Shown here: positions 53,763 through 60,582 of the stretch, in pieces
Layout of the letters: the number at the start of each line of letters is the position of its first letter
How positions within the stretch are numbered: the stretch's first letter is position 1
DNA from: Bacteroidales bacterium
Lineage (GTDB): Bacteria; Bacteroidota; Bacteroidia; Bacteroidales; UBA932
Length of the DNA: 62,874 nucleotides
Assembly: GCA_017960085.1 (NCBI GenBank)
Contig: JAGCZI010000159.1
Span: 1-62,874 of the forward strand
Reading direction: 5' to 3'
Program-made: the position numbers and the translations under genes
The notes under the pieces: model-generated
Seen by the model: the letters and a program-made list of their open reading frames with translations, nothing else
Databases searched by the model: none
What the model was told of the DNA's origin: nothing

Positions 53763-54598
53763 TTATTCTTGAGTTTTACCAATTCCATATAATCCTGTCT
53801 GTCTACTGGAGTTTTTCCCGTCCTGGAGTTATATTTTGACTCTGCGTATCGGATGATGGCCCGCGCTTCTTCCCTGTCGGAAAGCACTTTCTGCGATGAA
53901 TCCAGCCACGGGACTGAAGCGTTGCCTTCGAAGTACGCGTATTTTGCAGTATTGGATTTGGCCACGGCTGCGTATTTTTCCCTGTTGGACTTGATTATCT
54001 TTTCGCGGTCGGAGGCGTCTTTGTTCCGGTCATAGAGGAGGTTTGCCAGCCAGACAAGAGTCGATATCCTTATTTCGTCCTTGGGGATTTTCAAGGCAGC
54101 CATATATGCATAGCTTATTCCGGCATCGTCTGACTTGAGAGGATGCGGGATGTATACCTGTGACAGGGCCTCCCAGGCTTCGGAGTAATCTGTACGGCCC
54201 AGTTTGTCCAGAATCGTTTCCAGATCGGAAAGGATCTGGCTGGACGCTGCGGCTTGCTGGGGCAGCGGCTTGGTCTGGCAGTCACGGCCTCGGTTGGCGC
54301 TGCGCCACATATAACATTTGTAATTTGAAGGATTGGCCGCTATGCCCTGGTCTGCGGCGGCAATGCCTTGGGCGAACAGGTTGCGTTTGGCGTCCTTGCC
54401 CTCAGCCGCATCGCCGAGCATCAGATATGCCCGAGCAATCCGCCAGCACACTTCAGCTTTCTCTTTGCTGTCGGCAGCTGCAGGCAACATCTTCTGCAGT
54501 TCATCGAGGCTTGCCTTGTAGTCTGCCTTTTGCGAAAACAGGTAGTCCGCATTGGAGAAGTTCAGGGCAAGAAGCACTATGGCCATAATTGTTTTCAC
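53753..54598 (-). CDS. Secreted all-alpha (TPR-like) protein of unknown function, first gene of the C-A-T operon
   Basis: 281 aa. Signal peptide MKTIMAIVLLALNFSNA. Helical repeats such as AEVCWRIARAYLMLGD.. and ..AQGIAAADQGIAANPSNYKCYMW. No catalytic motif recognised. Confidence 0.7.
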   Translation of the reverse strand: MKTIMAIVLLALNFSNADYLFSQKADYKASLDELQKMLPAAADSKEKAEVCWRIARAYLMLGDAAEGKDAKRNLFAQGIAAADQGIAANPSNYKCYMWRSANRGRDCQTKPLPQQAAASSQILSDLETILDKLGRTDYSEAWEALSQVYIPHPLKSDDAGISYAYMAALKIPKDEIRISTLVWLANLLYDRNKDASDREKIIKSNREKYAAVAKSNTAKYAYFEGNASVPWLDSSQKVLSDREEARAIIRYAESKYNSRTGKTPVDRQDYMELVKLKNKWN

Positions 54599-54603
54599 GG
54601 TGG

Positions 54604-54611
54604 CAAAATTA
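54604..54611 (-). promoter_or_regulatory. Candidate -7 promoter box (TAATTTTG on the minus strand) for the C-A-T operon
   Basis: The plus strand reads CAAAATTA. It lies 5 nt upstream of ATG 54598 and 17 nt upstream of the in-frame ATG at 54586. Confidence 0.35.
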
Positions 54612-54674
54612 GCCTATGCTCTCTGCTCGCTTATAAAGATTTGGTAGAAAAGCGCAATATTGTGATAAAAATGT

Positions 54675-54682
54675 TATATTTG
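54675..54682 (+). promoter_or_regulatory. Candidate -7 promoter box (TATATTTG) for the LytTR gene
   Basis: Lies 27 nt upstream of the ATG at 54710. It sits inside the alternative start region (ATG 54671), which favours 54710 as the start. Confidence 0.4.
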
Positions 54683-54709
54683 GGGCCAATTGCAGACAAC
54701 TGGGACGAA

Positions 54710-55537
54710 ATGAGCGCACAGAAGCAAATCACCACAAACTCTTTAAAGCTGCCGGAGCTATATGGGAAATTTACCACTCATCTGTGGTATATGCTTTTCC
54801 CGGCTGTATTTTTCTTCACATTCATAGTGGTTTACAGGCCCTTCGGCAGTGAAGAGATGTTGGATATGGGCAGATCGCTGTTCTTTTTCAACACGGCCAT
54901 AATGATGTGCATCGTGCTTGTTACGACGATAGTTACAAGACTGGTCTATTTCCTTCTGTACAAGTTTGTCAACCACACCTGGTGGGAGTTTTCCGGTTTC
55001 TGTATGCTGGAAATGGTTATCATCACCTACTTTCTTGCACTTTATCTGTTCCTGATGCGCCACGACGGCCGCATTTACTTCGAATATGTCGGCTTGTGCA
55101 CACAGTATTCATTCCTTGTGCTGCTGTTCCCTTATTTCGGGATAACCATAGTGTGCGCCCTGGTCGGCAAAAGAGAGTCAAATCTTGCAGAGCAGAAGGG
55201 ACTTATCCGTTTCAGCGATACTTCCCGTCAGGTCAAGGCGGTGCTTGACAACAAGTCTATTCTGTACATAGAGGCGAAGGACAACTACGTCATCATCTAT
55301 TATCTCGACAACGGCAAGGTCAAGAACTACCAGTTGCGCAATACGATGAATGCGATAGCTCCTCTGGTGGAACCTTATAATATTTTCCGCTGCCAGCGCT
55401 CATATTACGTCAACCTCTCTCACATAAACGCCCTTCGCAAGGACCCCAACGATATGATCAGCGCCGAACTGGACGCTGAAAATATCGTTGTTCCCGTCTC
55501 CCGCAAACTCTACCGCGACATCTCCGCGAAGCTGTAG
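54710..55537 (+). CDS. Membrane-anchored LytTR-family DNA-binding protein (no receiver domain)
   Basis: About 275 aa from MSAQKQITTN.. with four or five TM helices (LWYMLFPAVFFFTFIVVY, FFFNTAIMMCIVLVTTIV, FSGFCMLEMVIITYFLALYLFL, YSFLVLLFPYFGITIVCALV). The C-terminal LytTR domain reads ILYIEAKDNYVIIYYLDNGKVKNYQLRNTMNAIAPLV..FRCQRSYYVNLSHI. The ORF-track start 54368 runs antisense into the neighbouring gene. Confidence 0.82.
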   Translation: MSAQKQITTNSLKLPELYGKFTTHLWYMLFPAVFFFTFIVVYRPFGSEEMLDMGRSLFFFNTAIMMCIVLVTTIVTRLVYFLLYKFVNHTWWEFSGFCMLEMVIITYFLALYLFLMRHDGRIYFEYVGLCTQYSFLVLLFPYFGITIVCALVGKRESNLAEQKGLIRFSDTSRQVKAVLDNKSILYIEAKDNYVIIYYLDNGKVKNYQLRNTMNAIAPLVEPYNIFRCQRSYYVNLSHINALRKDPNDMISAELDAENIVVPVSRKLYRDISAKL

Positions 55538-55571
55538 GGAGGCTGTTGGTGTGGACCTGTCGTCCAAGTCA

Positions 55572-56168
55572 TCAGAATCCGAAACCGCCGCCGAAATCTC
55601 CGCCGAAACCACCGCCGAAACCATCACCGCCGAAGCTGGCGCTCATCTTATTGAAATTGATGGCGAATTCCTGCTCCATACGAAGACGCTGCTCGGTCTC
55701 ATAGTGTCTTTTGTCCTTTTTCCAAGCCTTCAGTTGTTTCTTGTCCAGGATAGTCTGGAGGGCAGTTTCATATTTATCCTGATTCTCCTCCATCTGAGCC
55801 ATCAGGTCCTCCATATCTGCCATCATCGACATCATATTCTGGAAATCATCGTCAGACATCTTTGTGGGGTCGAATTCAGCAGTGCGTGCTTCCTGCCCGC
55901 TACCATCGGCATCCTGCTCAGCTTCCTTGAATTCGTCGGGAACAACTACGGGGTATTTAATCTTGCCGAGGTAAATCTTGTTGAGTCTGAGCAAGCGGGA
56001 AGCCTGATCTTCGTCAAGACCGTATGCGGCTGCCATCTGGTCTGTCTGAGAAGATATTGCCTGATCTGAAAGTTCCTGGGGAGCGGGCATGTTCATGCCA
56101 ATGGGCATCTGCGCATTCGTTACAAACGGAAGAGAAATAAGCGCGAGAATCAAAAATACTTTTTTCAT
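55572..56168 (-). CDS. Secreted protein (DUF4890-like) with an acidic/Met-rich core and a Gly-Phe repeat tail
   Basis: ATG at 56168 gives MKKVFLILALISLPFVTNAQ. The middle is Met/Asp/Glu-rich (DDDFQNMMSMMADMEDLMAQMEENQ). The C-terminus reads SFGGDGFGGGFGGDFGGGFGF. Confidence 0.75.
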   Translation of the reverse strand: MKKVFLILALISLPFVTNAQMPIGMNMPAPQELSDQAISSQTDQMAAAYGLDEDQASRLLRLNKIYLGKIKYPVVVPDEFKEAEQDADGSGQEARTAEFDPTKMSDDDFQNMMSMMADMEDLMAQMEENQDKYETALQTILDKKQLKAWKKDKRHYETEQRLRMEQEFAINFNKMSASFGGDGFGGGFGGDFGGGFGF

Positions 56169-56247
56169 GGTAATAATTTTTATATCTATTGTTTCATTTC
56201 GTTTGCTATAATAGACAAGCGCTTGTGCCGAAAGTTTAAACAAATGC

Positions 56248-56281
56248 AAAAAAAAGAGACACCTGCATCTGCAAGTGTCTC
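56248..56281 (-). terminator. Rho-independent terminator downstream of the tRNA (minus strand)
   Basis: The plus strand reads AAAAAAAA-GAGACACCTGCA-tc-TGCAAGTGTCTC. On the minus strand this is a ~11-bp stem with one mismatch, followed by a T8 run. Confidence 0.75.
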
Positions 56282-56290
56282 ATTTTCAGG

Positions 56291-56364
56291 TAGCGGGACC
56301 CAGGATTGAACTGGGGACCTCATGATTATGAATCATGCGCTCTAACCAGCTGAGCTATCCCGCC
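56291..56364 (-). tRNA. tRNA with CAU anticodon (elongator Met, or Ile2 if lysidinylated)
   Basis: The reverse complement folds as GGCGGGA-TA-GCTC-AGCTGGTTA-GAGC-G-CATGA-TTCATAA-TCATG-AGGTC-CCCAG-TTCAATC-CTGGG-TCCCGCT-A. It is not initiator type, because the anticodon stem has no three G-C pairs. The acceptor closes with a G1-U72 wobble. CC is encoded but not CCA. Confidence 0.85.
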
Positions 56365-56390
56365 ATCATATATAGCGCCGAAGCGGACGA

Positions 56391-56398
56391 CAAAAGTA
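56391..56398 (-). promoter_or_regulatory. Candidate -7 promoter box (TACTTTTG on the minus strand) for the tRNA
   Basis: The plus strand reads CAAAAGTA, 26 nt upstream of the tRNA 5' end. A second match (TAATTTTG) lies at 56408..56415. Confidence 0.35.
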
Positions 56399-56422
56399 GA
56401 GAAAAAACTGTAATACGCAAAA

Positions 56423-58462
56423 TTATTTTGTCCCGGCGCTCAGACCGTTCTGCTCGAGAAGGGCTTCAGGGCGCGGGTCGCGGCCTCTGAATTTGCGGTA
56501 GAGGACATCAGCATCTTCAAGATTTCCCTTAGAAAGGATGTTCTCCCTGAATGAGGAGGCTGCTTCTTTGTTGAAGATGCCCTTCTCCTTGAAGAGGGAG
56601 AAGGCGTCTGCTTCCAGTACCTCAGCCCATTTGTAAGAATAGTAGCCGGCTGAGTATCCTCCTGAGAATATGTGGGTGAACTGGGGAGATATGGCAGTAC
56701 CTTCGATGACGGGCAGAACTTCGGCCTGCGCGAGTATCCTGTGTTCAAAATCGGCGGCGCTTTCTTCGGGGGCGCACTGTGCGGTGTACCACGCCATATC
56801 GAGGGTGCCGAAGCGCAGCTGGCGTACGAAGGCGTAGCCTGCCTGGAAGTTCTTGGCGGCAACTAGTTTGTCGATCAGGTCCTGGGGTATGGCTTCCCCG
56901 GTTCTGTAGTGCCTTGCGAATGAGTTGAGCCACTGGGGTTCATAGCCCCAGTTTTCCATAAACTGTGACGGAAGTTCCACGAAATCTCTTGCTACTGCGG
57001 TGCCGGTGAGTGAGGCGTATGAGCCTTCGGCAAGCAGGCCGTGAAGGCAGTGGCCGAATTCGTGAAGGAATGTCGTGACTTCATAGTGGGTCAGAAGCGA
57101 AGGTGTGTCTCCGGCAGGTTTTGAAAAGTTAGTGACCAGTTGGACCAGAGGTCTGGTCTCGACGCCGTCCCTGATGCTCAGGTCGCGGAAAGAGGTCATC
57201 CAGGCGCCGCCCCGTTTGCTTTCGCGGGGGAAGAAATCCATATAGAGCAGGCCCAGGTGCCGGTCGCCGTCCTTGACTTCGTAGACCTGGACGTCGGGAT
57301 GGTAGACGGGTATGTCTTCGCGGCGGATGAATGACAGGCCGTAGAGTGTTCCGGCAAGGCCGAATATGGCGTCCCGGACGGCTTCGAGCTGGAAATAGGG
57401 TTTGAGCAGTTCGTCATTTACGGAATATTTCTCAGTGCGCAGCTTTTCTCCCCAGTAGCTGAAATCCCAGGGCATCAGCTGTCCTTCGAATCCGTTGGCT
57501 TCGGCGTAGGCCTGCAGGTCCGCAATCTCTGTGCGGGCGAACGGCAGGCATTTGGCCATCATATCGGCGATGAAGTTGTTTACTGTCTCTTTTGTCTTTG
57601 CCATCCTGTCTTCGATGGCATAGTCGGCGTATGTCCCGTAGCCCAGCATCTGCGCCCTGCGCATATTCAGATCCACTATCTGATGTATGTTGGCGTCGTT
57701 GTCGAAGTTGTCTGCTATGCAGCGGGAGCTGTAGGCTCTCCACAGTTTTTCGCGAAGGTCGCGGTTTGCACTGTACTGCATAAAGGGCATAAATGAGGGA
57801 CGGTCCAGAGTGAAGACCCAGCCTGTCTTGCCGCGGCTTGCCGCTTCGGCCGCCGCTGATTCTTTCACGAAGTCGGGCAGGCCTGCTGTCTGGGCTTCAT
57901 CTGTCAGGTCGAGTGTATATGCGTTTGTGGCTCCGAGGACGTTCTTGCCGAAGCGCAGGGATGCGAGCGATAGTTCTTCCGACATCTTGCTGAATGCCTG
58001 TTTGTCTTCTGCCGGGAGGTTGGCGCCGTTGCGGGCGTATGCCTTGTAGGTTTCGCTGAGCAGCCGGCTGTCTTCTTCATTCAGGCCGAGGCTGTCCTTT
58101 TTTTCATATACGGCCTTGATCTTGGAGAACAGTTTCTCGTTCAGCGACACATACATACTGAATTCGGTCAGTTTGGGGGTTATATCCTCCGCGATCTGCT
58201 GCATTTCGCTGTCTGTGCAGGCTTCGTTGAGGTTGAAGAATATTTCCTCCACTGCGTTGAGCTGCTTCCCGCAGAATTCCAGGGCCTGCACCGTGTTTTC
58301 AAAATCAGGCTCGGCGCTGTTTTCAATAATTGCATCCACCTCGGCCTTCGCCTGTTTCAGCGCTTCTTCGAATGCGGGAATGTAGTGTCTGTTTTCAATT
58401 CTGTCAAAAGCCGGAGCCCCGAAGGGAAGTTCCGACTCCGTCAGCAAAGGATTTTCGTTCAT
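56423..58462 (-). CDS. dcp: M3-family zinc metallopeptidase (peptidyl-dipeptidase Dcp-like)
   Basis: 679 aa. TFLHEFGHCLHG (HExxH) with a downstream glutamate in ..ARDFVELPSQFMENW. The N-terminus NPLLTESELPFGAPAFDRIENRHYIPAFEEAL is typical of Dcp/OpdA. Confidence 0.9.
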   Translation of the reverse strand: MNENPLLTESELPFGAPAFDRIENRHYIPAFEEALKQAKAEVDAIIENSAEPDFENTVQALEFCGKQLNAVEEIFFNLNEACTDSEMQQIAEDITPKLTEFSMYVSLNEKLFSKIKAVYEKKDSLGLNEEDSRLLSETYKAYARNGANLPAEDKQAFSKMSEELSLASLRFGKNVLGATNAYTLDLTDEAQTAGLPDFVKESAAAEAASRGKTGWVFTLDRPSFMPFMQYSANRDLREKLWRAYSSRCIADNFDNDANIHQIVDLNMRRAQMLGYGTYADYAIEDRMAKTKETVNNFIADMMAKCLPFARTEIADLQAYAEANGFEGQLMPWDFSYWGEKLRTEKYSVNDELLKPYFQLEAVRDAIFGLAGTLYGLSFIRREDIPVYHPDVQVYEVKDGDRHLGLLYMDFFPRESKRGGAWMTSFRDLSIRDGVETRPLVQLVTNFSKPAGDTPSLLTHYEVTTFLHEFGHCLHGLLAEGSYASLTGTAVARDFVELPSQFMENWGYEPQWLNSFARHYRTGEAIPQDLIDKLVAAKNFQAGYAFVRQLRFGTLDMAWYTAQCAPEESAADFEHRILAQAEVLPVIEGTAISPQFTHIFSGGYSAGYYSYKWAEVLEADAFSLFKEKGIFNKEAASSFRENILSKGNLEDADVLYRKFRGRDPRPEALLEQNGLSAGTK

Positions 58463-58486
58463 CGGTCAAAAGATTTTTCAACTGAC

Positions 58487-58494
58487 CAAAAATA
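58487..58494 (-). promoter_or_regulatory. Candidate -7 promoter box (TATTTTTG on the minus strand)
   Basis: The plus strand reads CAAAAATA, 24 nt upstream of the dcp ATG at 58462. Confidence 0.45.
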
Positions 58495-58509
58495 GCAAAA
58501 AAAGCTCAG

Positions 58510-58851
58510 TCAGTCTTTTTCGATAGTGATGTTGTTGTGTTTGTCTGAGGAATATGTGAATTCATAACAGCGGTAGGTTGTCCTGCCCAGCCTGTTTTTG
58601 CTGGATGACGTATAATACCCGAAATCGAACCTTTCCTCTTCCAGCAGGCTTTTTGAGACGGTCGTCCTGCCGTCAGAATACAGGCTGTCGAGAATCCGTC
58701 TGTTTGATGCAAGCCGCCTGTTTACATATGAGATAACATTTCTCGCTTTACGATACAGCTTGTTGTTATAAGTATTGCGGCACATATCGCTGCAGAATTT
58801 TTTATCGCTGCGTCCTTCCATTTCCGCTCCGCATTCAAGGCATTTTCTCAT
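58510..58851 (-). CDS. Small zinc-ribbon protein (DUF2116-like), function unknown
   Basis: MRKCLECGAEMEGRSDKKFCSDMCRNTYNNKLYRKARN carries a CxxC..CxxxC ribbon and a basic helix. Start at 58851, or 58872 if the MKKGGLI extension is used. Confidence 0.65.
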   Translation of the reverse strand: MRKCLECGAEMEGRSDKKFCSDMCRNTYNNKLYRKARNVISYVNRRLASNRRILDSLYSDGRTTVSKSLLEEERFDFGYYTSSSKNRLGRTTYRCYEFTYSSDKHNNITIEKD

Positions 58852-58883
58852 AATCAGTCCTCCTTTTTTCAAGTAATACTGTC

Positions 58884-58891
58884 CAAAGCTA
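58884..58891 (-). promoter_or_regulatory. Candidate -7 promoter box (TAGCTTTG on the minus strand)
   Basis: The plus strand reads CAAAGCTA. It lies 11 nt upstream of ATG 58872 and 32 nt upstream of ATG 58851. Confidence 0.35.
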
Positions 58892-59062
58892 TCCTTTTGG
58901 GCGGTCGTTTCAAATACGGGAACAGGCAGTTTTTCCGATGACGGAAATGTATGCGCGATTACGGATTTTCCGCATTGAAATTAAACGGATATAAATGCTT
59001 AGAGTATGGTTAGGCCCGTTTTGACGCATTTCCTTTGCCCTCGGACATAAAACAAAAGCATT

Positions 59063-59467
59063 ATGGAAAATTCAATCAACAGAGTGGAGCTTCTGGGCCG
59101 GATCGGCCAGAACCCGAAAATCATGACCTGCGGAGATTCGCAGATGGCGAGGTTCTCCATCGCTACCAATGAAAGATTCAAGGACCGGAGCGGTGTCTTG
59201 AAAGAAGAGACGACGTGGCACAATGTGACGGTATGGGCGTCGAGGAACACAGATGATTTCCGACTACTTAAAAAGGGAGTGCTGGTGCACGTAGTGGGAA
59301 AAATCAGAAATGCCAAGTACCAGAATGCCGAAGGCGAAGACCGATACTTCACTGAGGTGTCAGCTACCAGGATGAATATCCGCCGTGAAAACCTCCAGAG
59401 CGTCCAGGGGCCGATTCCTGATGTAATGATGCCGCAAGGCCTTGTTCCAGGCTATTCAATTAACTAA
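59063..59467 (+). CDS. ssb: Single-stranded DNA-binding protein (OB fold) lacking the canonical acidic C-terminal tip
   Basis: 134 aa. NRVELLGRIGQNPKI..ARFSIATNERFKDRSG..EETTWHNVTVW..LKKGVLVHVVGKIRNAKYQNAEGEDRYFTEVSA. The C-terminus is ..QGLVPGYSIN rather than D-(D/E)-x-P-F. Confidence 0.88.
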   Translation: MENSINRVELLGRIGQNPKIMTCGDSQMARFSIATNERFKDRSGVLKEETTWHNVTVWASRNTDDFRLLKKGVLVHVVGKIRNAKYQNAEGEDRYFTEVSATRMNIRRENLQSVQGPIPDVMMPQGLVPGYSIN

Positions 59468-59494
59468 ACAAACCATCCTGCCGGAAGTGGACCG

Positions 59495-60067
59495 ATGAAA
59501 AAAAGACTTGTACATACGTCAGCCGTGATACTTTGCATCTTGTGCTTTTCGTGGGGAGAAGCGTCAGCCCAGCGATGGTCTATTGGGACGAATGTCGTGG
59601 ATTACATCAATATGGGAACTTTAAATGCAGAGAGCAGTGTCGCAATCGCCCAGCATTATTCATTCAATGCAGGCATCAGGTTCAATCCCTGGACTTTTAA
59701 CTATGGTGATGTCGACAGACAATTTGAAAACAGGAAGAAGTGTCTGTATGCAGGCGTAAGGTTCTGGCCCTGGCATATCTATTCAGGATGGTGGGCAGCC
59801 CTCCAGCTGCAGTATCAGGAGTACAACCGCGGAGGGGCCTTCATCAAGCAATCCGAAGAGGGGGATGCTTACGGCGTAGGTTTCTCACTGGGATATACTC
59901 TGATGATCCACAAATCGATCAACATAGAGTTCGGAGCCGGAGCGTGGACTGGAGGTGCTGCGTATACGGCATACTCTTGTCCGCATTGCGGAAAGATAGT
60001 CGAACAGGGAACCAAGTTCTTCTTCTGGCCGAACAATGTTATGGTTTCATTGGTATACATCCTCTAG
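59495..60067 (+). CDS. DUF3575-family outer-membrane beta-barrel protein (accessory gene of type V pilus loci)
   Basis: 190 aa with a signal peptide. WSIGTNVVDYINMGTLNAESSVAIAQHYSFNAGIRFNPW. Ends ..MVSLVYIL. The family name is from memory of this conserved N-terminal block. Confidence 0.75.
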   Translation: MKKRLVHTSAVILCILCFSWGEASAQRWSIGTNVVDYINMGTLNAESSVAIAQHYSFNAGIRFNPWTFNYGDVDRQFENRKKCLYAGVRFWPWHIYSGWWAALQLQYQEYNRGGAFIKQSEEGDAYGVGFSLGYTLMIHKSINIEFGAGAWTGGAAYTAYSCPHCGKIVEQGTKFFFWPNNVMVSLVYIL

Positions 60068-60081
60068 CGAAAACACCACCC

Positions 60082-60582
60082 ATGAAAAAGACATACGTGA
60101 CATTATTATTCATTGTGTTAGCCATCAGTCTCTTTCCTCAAGAGTCCAGGGCCCAGTTCGTGTTCGGAATAAAGGGCGGGCTCACGACACTGGCCGGTCT
60201 TGACGGTTGTCTGGCAGGCGGGGCTGTGACGGTGGGAAAACAGATGAAGATGACATCGCTTCAGGCAGATTTCGGTTACTGTCCTGCTGCAGCCAATGTC
60301 GACCTGTCTTGTCTGTTGAGGATATACGGAAACAAAGATCACTCAACTGATGTATATCTCGGCGCGGGACTGACAGCAGAAATAAGGTTGCACGATGCAG
60401 GGAAGAATGAATTGATGGCAGGAGCATTCCCGGTATTGCAGGCAGAACAATTCATATCAAAGCGTATTTCCCTGTATGCAGATGTAAGGACGCCCTTTAT
60501 GTTTTTTATGGATGAAGACAGGATGTCTGCCCGTTTTGCTGCGGGAATCAGATGTCTTTTGTATAAGGAGGAAAAACGATGA
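60082..60582 (+). CDS. Small outer-membrane beta-barrel protein
   Basis: ATG at 60082 gives MKKTYVTLLFIVLAISLFPQESRAQFVFGIKGG.. (166 aa) with alternating hydrophobic strands. The ORF-track start 59740 overlaps the previous gene in another frame. Confidence 0.7.
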   Translation: MKKTYVTLLFIVLAISLFPQESRAQFVFGIKGGLTTLAGLDGCLAGGAVTVGKQMKMTSLQADFGYCPAAANVDLSCLLRIYGNKDHSTDVYLGAGLTAEIRLHDAGKNELMAGAFPVLQAEQFISKRISLYADVRTPFMFFMDEDRMSARFAAGIRCLLYKEEKR

